A stretch of DNA of 64,000 nucleotides from Candidatus Nomurabacteria bacterium GW2011_GWD2_36_14 (GCA_000991405.1 LBRL01000001.1:456466-520465), one strand, 5' to 3'; positions 19,866 through 29,684 are shown, counted from the first letter of the stretch. Notes: generated by a model not told the origin, from the letters alone. Numbers and translations: made by a program.

Positions 19866-20897
19866 ATGACTACACAAAATAAAAAATACAAATTTCATGT
19901 TCACGGTATGCACTGTAACTCATGTGTATTATTAACAGAAAGTGAAATAAATGATTTAGAAAATGTAACACATGCCAAATCAAGTCTTAAAAATAATTCT
20001 ATTGAAATAGAGGGTAGCTTTGGAGATAAAACAGTAGAAGAAATTGCAAATGAATTAACTCTAATATTAAAACCTCACGGATACACTTTATCTTTAGAAA
20101 AAGAAACAAAAGACAAGAAGTGGAGTGACTTTAAAATTGCAATACCGATAGCCTTTTTATTTTTAGCGGTATTTATAATCTTGCAAAAAATAGGAATCGT
20201 CAATCTTGTAAACGTATCTAAAGTGTCATATGGTACTTCTTTCGTCATAGGAATCATTGCTTCCCTTTCGACTTGTATGGCAGTAGTTGGAGGACTTGTC
20301 CTCTCCATGTCAGCAACTTTTGCCAAAGAGGGAGACAAGATTAAACCTCAGATATTATTCCACGGAGGAAGACTCGTCTCTTTCTTTATCCTCGGTGGTG
20401 TCATAGGTGCCCTAGGTAGTGTTTTCACTTTAAATACTTCTGCTACATTTATCTTAGGAATAATAATCGGGTTAGTCATGCTTATTATGGGAATAAACCT
20501 TCTTGATATTTTCCATGGAGCCAAGAAGGCTCAAATCAGTATGCCGAAATTCATTTCCAAGAGAGCTTTCGGCATTTCAAAGATAAACCATACTCTGACT
20601 CCACTTCTAGTCGGTATTGCTACATTTTTCCTTCCTTGTGGATTTACTCAATCAATGCAAGTGTACACTCTCTCGACTGGAAGCTTTATGAATGGAGCTC
20701 TTACAATGCTTGCTTTTGCCCTTGGGACACTACCTGTGCTTGCACTTGTAAGCTTTAGCTCATTTAGTATTAAGAATAATAAGAACTCTGGTATCTTTTT
20801 CAAGTCAGCTGGACTTATCGTCGTATTGTTCGCTATAATGAATATCCTAAACAGCTTGGTCATTATAGGATTAATCAAACCAATATTTAATTTTTAA
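19866..20897 (+). CDS. HMA (CopZ-like) domain fused to polytopic membrane permease (DsbD_2/TauE-like)
   Basis: N-terminal YKFHVHGMHCNSC metal-binding fold; C-terminal 8-TM region with STCM and FLPCGF Cys motifs. Confidence 0.55.
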   Translation: MTTQNKKYKFHVHGMHCNSCVLLTESEINDLENVTHAKSSLKNNSIEIEGSFGDKTVEEIANELTLILKPHGYTLSLEKETKDKKWSDFKIAIPIAFLFLAVFIILQKIGIVNLVNVSKVSYGTSFVIGIIASLSTCMAVVGGLVLSMSATFAKEGDKIKPQILFHGGRLVSFFILGGVIGALGSVFTLNTSATFILGIIIGLVMLIMGINLLDIFHGAKKAQISMPKFISKRAFGISKINHTLTPLLVGIATFFLPCGFTQSMQVYTLSTGSFMNGALTMLAFALGTLPVLALVSFSSFSIKNNKNSGIFFKSAGLIVVLFAIMNILNSLVIIGLIKPIFNF

Positions 20898-20899
20898 AT

Positions 20900-21301
20900 A
20901 TGAAAAATACAATCATATCAATAATAATAGCTTCCACTCTTATAATTCTCGCAATTGTTTTTACGAGTGGGAAAAAGAGTACCCCAGAACAAAACATTCA
21001 AAATGAAACTATTGTAAACAATGTCTCTATTGTGGATGGAAAACAAATAATAGAAATAAAAGCAAAAGGTGGATATACTCCAAGAGTAAGTATTGCTAAA
21101 GCTGACACCCCTACCATACTACGATTCAATACAAATGGAACTTTCGATTGCTCTTCTTCGGTCAGAATTCCGAGTATGAACATTTCAAAATTTCTTCCAC
21201 AATCAGGTATCACAGATATCGACCTAGGTATACAAAAAACAGGCACCCTACAAGGCACCTGTGGTATGGGCATGTACCCATTTGAAATCGAATTTCAATA
21301 A
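20900..21301 (+). CDS. cupredoxin-like small copper-binding protein (membrane-anchored)
   Basis: N-terminal anchor; beta-rich; C-terminal ligand-like cluster TCGMGMYPFE with upstream Cys/Ser. Confidence 0.45.
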   Translation: MKNTIISIIIASTLIILAIVFTSGKKSTPEQNIQNETIVNNVSIVDGKQIIEIKAKGGYTPRVSIAKADTPTILRFNTNGTFDCSSSVRIPSMNISKFLPQSGITDIDLGIQKTGTLQGTCGMGMYPFEIEFQ

Positions 21302-21325
21302 ATAATTTATATAGTTATAAATAGT

Positions 21326-22711
21326 CTAGCAGTCTATCACTACTTGCTCGCCGGCTATTGGTGTATAAGCATTGACGCCAAGATTGTCTTTAAGTTTTTG
21401 AGCTAGAAACATTGCAGATTTCGGCTCTCCCATAAGTAAGAATATTTTCTTCACTGTATTTGCTGTGTCTGCTACGAACTCCACAAGATGGTCTGAGTCC
21501 TTGTGTCCAGAATAGCCACTGATCATTTCGACATGAGCTTTGACATGAATATCTTCGCCCATTATGTGTAGCTTCTTTGTACCATTTTGAATAGATCGTC
21601 CGAGAGTACCTACAGACTGGTAGCCAATAAGCAGTATGGTGTTGCTGGCATAAGGCAGATAATTCTTCTCATGATGTAGTATCCTTCCGCCATTACTCAT
21701 ACCGCTACCAGCCATGATAATCTTGGGGTCAGGAGCATGTAAGATGGCTTTCGATTCATCGGTTGTATCAGTCATTTTTAATCCAATGAAATTAAATATC
21801 TCATCGCCTCCTCTTATTATCTTTAAGGCTGTAGGATTAAAATACTTCTCGTACTTAGTATAAATAGCGGTAAGCTTTATAGCCAAAGGAGAGTCTAAGA
21901 ATATAGACATCTTGGGAATAAGATTCCACTCTACTAAAGTATTTATTTCATATAGTAATTCTTGTGTTCTCTCTAAAGAAAAAGTTGGTATTATAAGAGT
22001 GCCTTTCCTGTCATAGTTTTGCTTAATGATTTCCATTAATTTATTCTTCCTCTCATCACGGTCTTCATGATTCCTATCTCCGTAACAAGACTCCATAAAC
22101 AAATAATCCACATCTTTTATCTTCTCTGTATCGCGGAGTAAAGGTGATGGCGAATTCCCTAGGTCGCCAGTGAAGACAATCTTCCTATAATTATATATTA
22201 TCTCAAGCATTCCAGACCCAAGTATGTGTCCAGAATCTTTATAAGAAAATTGAAAGCCGTGATCCACGTTGAGCTTCTGTCCGTACTCTATAGTCTCCCA
22301 TAGACTTAGAGCCTTCTTGATATTCTCTGGGCTATATATCTCTGCCAAGTTATGATCCTCATCACGCGAAAGTAAGTGAGCTGTATCGGCTAGCATGACT
22401 TCTGTAATCTCTTTCGTGGGAATAGTAGAGATTATCCTACCGTTGAATCCTTCAGCTATAAGCTTGGGAATACGCCCTATATGATCGATATGTCCATGAG
22501 TGATGAAGAGGATATCTATAGTGGAAGCCTCATAAGGGAATTTGTCCCAGTTTAGATCCTCGGCAACCTTTTCGCCTTGGATAAGCCCACAGTCTACCAA
22601 GAACTTCTTGCCATTCCCCTCTATCAAAAAGTTGGCACCTGTGACAGTACCAGCACCAGAACAAAATGTAACTTTCAGTTTTGTATCATTATCCATCTTT
22701 TTATTATACAC
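21326..22711 (-). CDS. beta-CASP family MBL-fold ribonuclease (RNase J/CPSF-like)
   Basis: LVDCGLIQGE, HGHIDHIGRIP (HxHxDH), 461 aa with beta-CASP C-terminal half. Confidence 0.75.
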   Translation of the reverse strand: MYNKKMDNDTKLKVTFCSGAGTVTGANFLIEGNGKKFLVDCGLIQGEKVAEDLNWDKFPYEASTIDILFITHGHIDHIGRIPKLIAEGFNGRIISTIPTKEITEVMLADTAHLLSRDEDHNLAEIYSPENIKKALSLWETIEYGQKLNVDHGFQFSYKDSGHILGSGMLEIIYNYRKIVFTGDLGNSPSPLLRDTEKIKDVDYLFMESCYGDRNHEDRDERKNKLMEIIKQNYDRKGTLIIPTFSLERTQELLYEINTLVEWNLIPKMSIFLDSPLAIKLTAIYTKYEKYFNPTALKIIRGGDEIFNFIGLKMTDTTDESKAILHAPDPKIIMAGSGMSNGGRILHHEKNYLPYASNTILLIGYQSVGTLGRSIQNGTKKLHIMGEDIHVKAHVEMISGYSGHKDSDHLVEFVADTANTVKKIFLLMGEPKSAMFLAQKLKDNLGVNAYTPIAGEQVVIDC

Positions 22712-22762
22712 GAAGTATATAAAAAGTGGAATTCAAATAGCTCTTCTCAGTCTTTGTGAAGC

Positions 22763-22830
22763 AGGATTGTTAAAATTATTTATCTCGTAGGGCCCCTTTG
22801 GGGTAAAGAGGAAATAATTTTAATAATCCT
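22763..22830. repeat. palindromic ~70-nt repeat element, copy 1 (5' UTR of RNase gene)
   Basis: AGGATTGTTAAAATTATTTATCTC...GAGGAAATAATTTTAATAATCCT arms pair ~22/24; near-identical to 29685-29755. Confidence 0.7.
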
Positions 22831-23128
22831 GCGAAACATATTACTTATAAATAAAAAATCCTTTCAAGTAAATGAAAGAATCTCTTATTAGGACTATCCG
22901 AAAGATATTACCATAGCATAACGCTAAGTGGGATTTGAGGATGAAGCAGATTTGTGAACATAATATTGTATACAGCACTGTCTCAAAACTCTATATCCCC
23001 TAAAAAATTGTTCTAGGTAATACAATTCAAATAACCCTACTTAAACTATACTCGCGAGAGTAAAGAAGCGCAAGCCCCTACTCTAAATAAAGCACACCTT
23101 TGACAGTATTTCAATAAATATACTTAAT

Positions 23129-23773
23129 TCATATTGAAAAATCTTGTAATTTTTCCAAGTAAGGAACAATAGATTCATCATTTATATCTTCTGGTTTGAT
23201 TTTAGTGTGAGAAAAAATCTGTTTTTCTATTTCAAATAAATTTTTGTTAAAGAAAATTCTTTTTTCTTCATCAAACGCATGAGGATGATCTTCATACCTT
23301 TTTTTAGCATCTAAACTATGTTCTTCTACAGACACAACACCATGAGGTGACACCCGATTGTCCACATATGCACATATTTTTTTATTGAAATCATCTTCTA
23401 TTACTATTTTTTCTGCGACTGAAGCATCAATGCAATTTATAAGATCATAAATAGATGTAGATAATCCTAACTCTTTAGCAATTTCCAAACTTGCATGATG
23501 TTCATCGTTACCGTATTTAAGAATAAAATCATCTTTAACTCCTTGCCAGTATGCTGTACCTAGTGGTTCATTCCATTCTGGTCTCTGCTCAAGCTTGAAC
23601 TTAATAATATTGCCCATATCATGAAGAAGACAAGCTTTGATAACACTTTCCTTATCTACTTCTACATCTAAAGCTTCACAAATCTGCATTGCCACTCCTG
23701 CCACTCGCATTTGATGCATAGCAAGCATAGGCATAATATTGTATTCTTTATATATCTCTGTAATTTTTTTCAT
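23129..23773 (-). CDS. HD-domain phosphohydrolase
   Basis: H..(28)..HDMGN metal-binding HD signature (AMHQMRVAG...LLHDMGNI). Confidence 0.65.
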   Translation of the reverse strand: MKKITEIYKEYNIMPMLAMHQMRVAGVAMQICEALDVEVDKESVIKACLLHDMGNIIKFKLEQRPEWNEPLGTAYWQGVKDDFILKYGNDEHHASLEIAKELGLSTSIYDLINCIDASVAEKIVIEDDFNKKICAYVDNRVSPHGVVSVEEHSLDAKKRYEDHPHAFDEEKRIFFNKNLFEIEKQIFSHTKIKPEDINDESIVPYLEKLQDFSI

Positions 23774-23831
23774 CTCTTAGTTTTAGCATAAAACCACCCT
23801 AAGGTGGTTTTATGCTTCAGAACAAAATCTA

Positions 23832-24908
23832 TTAAAGTCCTAAAGCTTTTACTAACTGCTTTATCAAGCCTACTACAACTGGAGGAGGAAGGAAACTATA
23901 AGAATCTACTCCTTCGTCATCTTTAACAACCCATGATTCTTCAGTTACATCTACTTTTCCTGTCTGTTCGTTATATTTATATATATAACCTGGAGTAATT
24001 TCATAATCATCTACATCATTTATGCTACTAACAGGAATAGAATTTCGAAGAAGTATTTTAGGAACTCCATGCAAAGACATTACTTGCTTAATCAATTTAT
24101 CATCCAAGGTTAAACGGTCGCGAATACTTTCAATACCAGCATCGTCACCCTCCTTGCCTACCATTCTCTCTCCGTTACATTCTGGATTGTCACACTTTAG
24201 GAAATATTTACCAGTCTCTTTATCATAACCAACTTCTTTAGTTGGGAAAACTGTCAAATTTCTTGGAGCCTGACATTTAGGGCAAATGACACGATTACGC
24301 ATACGTTCATCAAGAACTGATTCTGGAATATTGATAGCAATAAACAAGTCAGGGTCAAGACGATAATCTGCTAAATCTCTAAAATAAAGTGAGTATTGAA
24401 CTTGATCTAGATCACGAGGGAAACCATCTATAAAGATAACTTTCCTATCAAACTTATTAATTTCTCTTTTCAATAAGGCGAGAATGAATTCGGTTGGGAG
24501 TAATACCTTTTGGTTTTTACCAACTAGGGCATCAATGGCCTCTTCTACAGAGATATATCCACGATAATGTTCCTCTAAATATTCAACGATATCTGCCTTT
24601 TTTTCAGGGTCAGCAATATCTTTATATATTTGGCGAACCAAGTCACCTACAGAAATATGTCCAATCTTGTCTGCGCCGAAAATTTCAGCCATTAATTTAG
24701 TATAAGTTCCCTTTCCTGAGTTCTTCTTACCAAGAAGATAGGCAATAAAGGTATTATCCTCTAAATACTTTTTAATTTTAGCAATTTCTGGACCTGCTTT
24801 TGCTTCAAAATAATCTTTCCTTTCCTCTGGATTTGTAAGATTAAATTTCTTAGTAACATTAGGCACTTTTGTTTTAATAATAGGGAAATCTGTTAACGGT
24901 CCTTTCAT
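23832..24908 (-). CDS. adenylate kinase-family nucleoside monophosphate kinase, long form (358 aa) with zinc-ribbon LID and N/C extensions
   Basis: P-loop LLGKKNSGKGT, HISVGD, IFIDGFPRD, LID CPKC...CDNPEC; second adk-like gene in window. Confidence 0.65.
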   Translation of the reverse strand: MKGPLTDFPIIKTKVPNVTKKFNLTNPEERKDYFEAKAGPEIAKIKKYLEDNTFIAYLLGKKNSGKGTYTKLMAEIFGADKIGHISVGDLVRQIYKDIADPEKKADIVEYLEEHYRGYISVEEAIDALVGKNQKVLLPTEFILALLKREINKFDRKVIFIDGFPRDLDQVQYSLYFRDLADYRLDPDLFIAINIPESVLDERMRNRVICPKCQAPRNLTVFPTKEVGYDKETGKYFLKCDNPECNGERMVGKEGDDAGIESIRDRLTLDDKLIKQVMSLHGVPKILLRNSIPVSSINDVDDYEITPGYIYKYNEQTGKVDVTEESWVVKDDEGVDSYSFLPPPVVVGLIKQLVKALGL

Positions 24909-24966
24909 AATAATATATATAAATAATCTAATAAAGTACTGGCATTATATACTAAAAACCCATATA

Positions 24967-25003
24967 ACACAAAATACATAGGACGGTCCTATGTATTTTG
25001 TGT
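24967..25003. repeat. REP-like palindrome copy A (overlaps stop codon of CYTH gene)
   Basis: ACACAAAATACATAGGAC-G-GTCCTATGTATTTTGTGT, 18-bp arms. Confidence 0.7.
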
Positions 25004-25567
25004 ATTTTTTGTTTGTTCTTCAAAGGTTAGAACTGAATATTCTTTTTCATTAATCCCATAATGTTTATAAATTTGCATAGTTGAACAACGAATATGTTCT
25101 CTCCAATTCAAATCGAGTTTAATTGCCATATTCTCAACTTCAGCCCAATTTCTTCCTTCTATTTCAAGATACGGTGGAATAAGGGGCCATTCATCAATAC
25201 AAAACTCGACTTCATCTAAAGTATATTTTAATCTTTTATTTTCTTCATAAAACTTTTCGATCATTCCTATGGAAAGTAAAATGTCGGCTGTTTTATTAAA
25301 ATCACTAACTATGATTTCTGTTTCATTCATTCCTAAATCGTTTAAATTTTCTCCAACTCCAAATCTTTTTTTATAAGATAAAGTAATCTGATCTCCTTCA
25401 TCTCTTAATCGAAGCCATGAATGATTAGACTCTAAGCTATCGTTTGGAAAATCAAAAACTCGACGACGATAAATAATATCAAAATTTTTCTTTGCTCCCA
25501 AAGATTCTAGTTTTTCAATAATTTTTTTAATATCAATTTCTAAAAATTTTGCCTCAATTTCTTCCAT
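24989..25567 (-). CDS. CYTH-domain protein (class IV adenylate cyclase / triphosphatase fold)
   Basis: N-terminal EIEAKF (ExExK) signature, 192 aa. Confidence 0.65.
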   Translation of the reverse strand: MEEIEAKFLEIDIKKIIEKLESLGAKKNFDIIYRRRVFDFPNDSLESNHSWLRLRDEGDQITLSYKKRFGVGENLNDLGMNETEIIVSDFNKTADILLSIGMIEKFYEENKRLKYTLDEVEFCIDEWPLIPPYLEIEGRNWAEVENMAIKLDLNWREHIRCSTMQIYKHYGINEKEYSVLTFEEQTKNTQNT

Positions 25568-25601
25568 AAAAAGATTATACTATACTCTGCCTTAAAAAAC
25601 A

Positions 25602-26289
25602 TATACATAGGACGGTCCTATGTGATATAATGTTTATATGGGATTAAGAAGAACTCCCCTTGTTAGAGGAGAATATTATCATATTTATAATAGAGGAGTT
25701 GAAAAAAGAGAAATCTTTTTAGATAAAGAAGATTATTTTCATTTTTTAAAACTCTTATATATTTGTAATTCAAACAAAAGTATCACCCTTCGAAATATCA
25801 GCGATAATTTTGATCGTGGAGAAACTATAGTTGATATAGGCGCTTATTGTATAATGCCTAATCATTTTCATGTACTTTGTTATGAAAAAATAGAAAATGG
25901 CATTTCTACTTTTATGAAAAAATTATCAACTGCATATGCTATGTATTTTAATAAAAAATATATAAGAACAGGAATTCTTTTCCAGGGACGATTTAAATCT
26001 GAACATGCAAATACTGATGGATATTTAAAATATTTATATGCTTATATCCATCTTAATCCTGCAAAACTAAAAAATCCAAAATGGAAAGAAGACAAAACAC
26101 ACAAATCAAAAGAATTACTAATCTTTGTAAAAAAATATCCATATTCTAGTTTATATGAATATCTAAATAATAAAATTAAAATTACAAACCCAGCATCATT
26201 CCCTTCTTATTTCCCAAATATTAAATCTCATATTGATGATCTCTTTCAATGGTTATCAACACAAAATACATAGGACCGTCCTATGTATT
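25602..26289 (+). mobile_element. REPtron: IS200/IS605-like Y1 (HuH) transposase gene flanked by REP palindromes B (25602-25624) and C (26265-26289)
   Basis: ACATAGGAC(G/C)GTCCTATGT palindromes on both sides of the transposase ORF; third copy at 24967-25003. Confidence 0.7.
25638..26273 (+). CDS. Y1 HuH transposase, IS200-like / REP-associated tyrosine transposase (RAYT)
   Basis: HuH motif IMPNHFHVL and catalytic-Tyr motif YLYAYIHLNP; 211 aa; stop codon lies inside REP copy C. Confidence 0.7.
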   Translation: MGLRRTPLVRGEYYHIYNRGVEKREIFLDKEDYFHFLKLLYICNSNKSITLRNISDNFDRGETIVDIGAYCIMPNHFHVLCYEKIENGISTFMKKLSTAYAMYFNKKYIRTGILFQGRFKSEHANTDGYLKYLYAYIHLNPAKLKNPKWKEDKTHKSKELLIFVKKYPYSSLYEYLNNKIKITNPASFPSYFPNIKSHIDDLFQWLSTQNT

Positions 26290-26296
26290 AAAGTTT

Positions 26297-26821
26297 TTAG
26301 TCGATATTCTCTACAATACTCGTCTTGTCGTGCCCTAATTCTTTAGCTCTTTTTACAGCTTTATTCATTAGGTAAACCCAATGATCATAATCCTTATTGT
26401 GATTTCTAGACATCCAACTGGTTAAAATTTCTTCATTTGTGTGCCATTCTAATTCAAAGTTTTCATGTTCTTCCAACTTAGTTTGCTGAGTTTTTTGACT
26501 ATTTAATATAACCAACAAGCAGGTTGCGTATGCTACACGAGGAACTTGCTTGTTGCTATTGAAGTAATGCGTCAAAACCTTATCAACCTTTTCAATATGT
26601 AAATAGTCCACTAGGCCACTCTCTTCGACAAGTTCTCTCAAGACTCCCGTCTCTTCATCTTCACCTTCATCGAATCCTCCTCCAAAGAGTCCTAATACTC
26701 CATTTTTCAAATTTCTATATACAGCGTACTTTTGTGTTTGTGGATCAAAAACAACAGAGCATCCACCATCGCGACGCTCTTCCCCTTCTCTCTTTATTCC
26801 AAACTCCAAAATTTCTTCCAT
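26297..26821 (-). CDS. NUDIX hydrolase
   Basis: Nudix box GGGFDEGEDEETGVLRELVEESG. Confidence 0.75.
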   Translation of the reverse strand: MEEILEFGIKREGEERRDGGCSVVFDPQTQKYAVYRNLKNGVLGLFGGGFDEGEDEETGVLRELVEESGLVDYLHIEKVDKVLTHYFNSNKQVPRVAYATCLLVILNSQKTQQTKLEEHENFELEWHTNEEILTSWMSRNHNKDYDHWVYLMNKAVKRAKELGHDKTSIVENID

Positions 26822-26827
26822 AATTTC

Positions 26828-29563
26828 TTACAAATTCCTATACTTCTCCATTATCTCTTCTTCTACTTCTTCACGAAGGCGACCGTACTTGAGGTACGAT
26901 AACTCCTTGATCTTATCAACTATTTCTGTATTACCCTTTGGAGTTAGGCTCCAGTGGGAAGTCATAGAAAATGGCTTCGTCGGTGTACCATTTACCAGCA
27001 TTGAGACATATGAATTGAAATTATCCAACTTCATAATATCTGTTGCTGTGAAAGTTGGCTTGAATCTTGGCTCTATGAAGCTCGCATCCTCGGTACTGAT
27101 TCGATAGATAGCCATCGAACCCACGTTTCCGAAGACAGCATTCTTAATACCCTCTTCAAGTTGAGAAATATACTGGTGAGCCACAGTCAAAGACAAGCGG
27201 TACTTACGAGCTTCAGAAAGTATTGAGGCTATTGAGTCCGTCGTGACATTTTGGAATTCATCGATATATAGATAGAAGTCATTCATTTTCTGCCCATACA
27301 TATCTACACGAGAAAGCGCCGCCATCTGAATCTTGCCGACAAGCAGAAGTCCTATTAGATTGGCATTTACTTCTCCAAGTCTACCTTTAGAAAGATTGAT
27401 CAAAAGTATCTTTTTATTGTCCATGATCTCACGGAAGTTAAAGGCTGACTTCTCCTGAAGCACCACTGGACGCATGATGTCGTTCGATATAAAGTTGTCG
27501 AACTTGGAAGTAATGTATGGCACGAAGTTGGCAATGGACTGGTCCCCTGTTGTCTTCTCGGCATTGGCCCAGAATTCTTTGACGATTGGGTTCTTGCATT
27601 TAGCACAAAGTGCATCTCGGTATTCCTTGTTGCCAAGTATGCGCGTGATATCAAGTAAGGTTGCATGAGCTTCTGGATCATCCATGGCTAGGAAGGCACT
27701 GTTCTTGAAATATTGTTCGAACATCGGACCGCCTGAAGTCTTCATATCAAAAAGTTTATTGAAGATACTCATAAGCTCGTTGACCACGAAAGTCTTCTGT
27801 TCAGGATACTTGGGATCATACTCAAGCATGTTGAGCCCCATAGGACGAGCTGTATAAGCAGGGTCAAAGTATATGACGTCATCAATACGCTCCTTGGGTA
27901 CATAACTCAAGATGTCTTGGATATCACTACCATGCGGATCAATAAAGCAACATCCCTCCCCGTTCTTAATATCCTGCGCAATCATATTCTTCAATATTGT
28001 AGTCTTACCTGTACCAGTCTGTCCTATGACGTACATATGACGCATACGATCTTCGCGACTCATACGTATCTCTGTATCCTTACCTCGGTAGCTATTGATA
28101 CCCAAGAGTATCCCCTCACTGCCCATCTCAAGAGGAGCTGGGGCAAAGCCGGCCTTAGCCTGCTTGAGCTGTGAAGATACCACTCCATTGGGAAAGTGAA
28201 AGACCGTTGCAAGCTCTTTCAGATTGAGTGGCATCGAGTAATTATCAGAGAAGGTTCGATAAGAGAAATCATGAATGAGATTCATTAGAGACGAACCCGT
28301 AGGATGATTAAAATTGAAACCATTCCTGTCTGACTCGGTGAATTGATTGAAGGAGGACTCTATTTCAGAGAGTATTTGTTTGGATCTACTTTCGTCTTCT
28401 GCTGAAGCCATGATACGGATGTTGGTAGCCATGATAGTACTCTTGAGCTTCTCGCCGATGTACTCAACAGCCTTATCATTTACCTTTTTCTCTTCTTTCT
28501 TTTTAGAAGCTCCAAAAAGTAATTCGGACGCCAAATTCTTAAATTCTTTCGTGACTTGGCGAGTCATACTAGAGGCTGTACGAACCGACATCCCATTCTT
28601 CACATCAGAGTGAATGATGTGAAACTTTCTGATAATGTCTTCGTCTTCAGGACAAATAGAGAATTGAATTGCCGCTCCTTCGCCTTCCTTCTTTAACTTC
28701 GTAAAGACATTGAGAATGATATTTAAAGGATCGTGGTCGATAGCATCATAAAGCTTGATAGGATAGACTTCATGATGAGCGAGAGTAGCATAAGAGGCAC
28801 TGATAGATGCATGCTCAGAGAAAATATTGTAATCATCTGGCACTTCTGTAACTTTTGCATCCAAGTTCACTCCGAGAAGTTGCTTCTCGAAAAGTTCTGC
28901 CTTATTCGTAGGTACCGCAACGTAGAATACAAAGCTATCAGATCCTTCAGAAAGAGCAATCTCTAGGGTAAAGTGATTCCTATTATAATTCTCTCTACCT
29001 TCCCCCACTGAGTGCATACCTGCATAGAATTGCTCCATGGCAGAAAGTAATTCTTTCAAACCCTTCTTTTCTTTATCGTTATCAGCTGCATCTGGAAGAG
29101 TAATTTCGAAAAGTTTCATATCTAGAGATTTGAAGAGGGGTGTACCTTCTTTAAGTCCAGGAACTTTGTGAGTTGTATACAAGTATTGAACAAGGAAACG
29201 ATGGAAGTCGTCATCTAGGTGAGGATTGTTCATTTTGGCAATAACAGAAAGAACGTTGGAAATACCTTTGTCTAGTAGTATTGCAAGCATTTCTTCCATT
29301 TTGGCATCATGACCTTCTGGATGTAACCTCAAAACCAAACTTTCAACTTCTTTTTTACCCATGACTGCACTTTTATGCATTACATCTTCTGGCTCATACT
29401 TTCTGTATTCATGGATTACATCATGAGCAAGCATTTCCTTATTGGCCTCCTTGCCTTGTTCTACCAAGGCCTTCTCTTTCTCTGCGATATGCGCACGCAA
29501 AAATTCTAACTCCTCTTGTGGAGTCTTAAATTTAGGAGCATTGTTCAAATTAAATCCTTCCAT
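26828..29563 (-). CDS. FtsK/HerA-superfamily P-loop ATPase resembling type IV secretion coupling proteins (TraD/TraG/VirD4/TrwB-like), no N-terminal TM
   Basis: Walker A GQTGTGKTT, downstream FIDPHGSD (DPKG-like), Walker B YLYIDEF, C-terminal ARKYRLSLTVAHQYISQL; ~450-aa non-ATPase N-terminal region. Confidence 0.5.
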   Translation of the reverse strand: MEGFNLNNAPKFKTPQEELEFLRAHIAEKEKALVEQGKEANKEMLAHDVIHEYRKYEPEDVMHKSAVMGKKEVESLVLRLHPEGHDAKMEEMLAILLDKGISNVLSVIAKMNNPHLDDDFHRFLVQYLYTTHKVPGLKEGTPLFKSLDMKLFEITLPDAADNDKEKKGLKELLSAMEQFYAGMHSVGEGRENYNRNHFTLEIALSEGSDSFVFYVAVPTNKAELFEKQLLGVNLDAKVTEVPDDYNIFSEHASISASYATLAHHEVYPIKLYDAIDHDPLNIILNVFTKLKKEGEGAAIQFSICPEDEDIIRKFHIIHSDVKNGMSVRTASSMTRQVTKEFKNLASELLFGASKKKEEKKVNDKAVEYIGEKLKSTIMATNIRIMASAEDESRSKQILSEIESSFNQFTESDRNGFNFNHPTGSSLMNLIHDFSYRTFSDNYSMPLNLKELATVFHFPNGVVSSQLKQAKAGFAPAPLEMGSEGILLGINSYRGKDTEIRMSREDRMRHMYVIGQTGTGKTTILKNMIAQDIKNGEGCCFIDPHGSDIQDILSYVPKERIDDVIYFDPAYTARPMGLNMLEYDPKYPEQKTFVVNELMSIFNKLFDMKTSGGPMFEQYFKNSAFLAMDDPEAHATLLDITRILGNKEYRDALCAKCKNPIVKEFWANAEKTTGDQSIANFVPYITSKFDNFISNDIMRPVVLQEKSAFNFREIMDNKKILLINLSKGRLGEVNANLIGLLLVGKIQMAALSRVDMYGQKMNDFYLYIDEFQNVTTDSIASILSEARKYRLSLTVAHQYISQLEEGIKNAVFGNVGSMAIYRISTEDASFIEPRFKPTFTATDIMKLDNFNSYVSMLVNGTPTKPFSMTSHWSLTPKGNTEIVDKIKELSYLKYGRLREEVEEEIMEKYRNL

Positions 29564-29684
29564 ATAGAAACATTATAACAACAAACGAGGAGCATAAGCA
29601 AATAAAGTAATCTTTAATTTGCTTAATGTCCGAGAGCTGTTTTTATATCGTAATCGATATATCATAAGAAACAAAAAGTGAAGT

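Noticed and set aside
22831-23128. ~300-nt non-coding stretch upstream of the repeat element searched for ncRNA/promoter features
   Set aside because: No convincing hairpin-terminator, repeat or conserved motif found by eye
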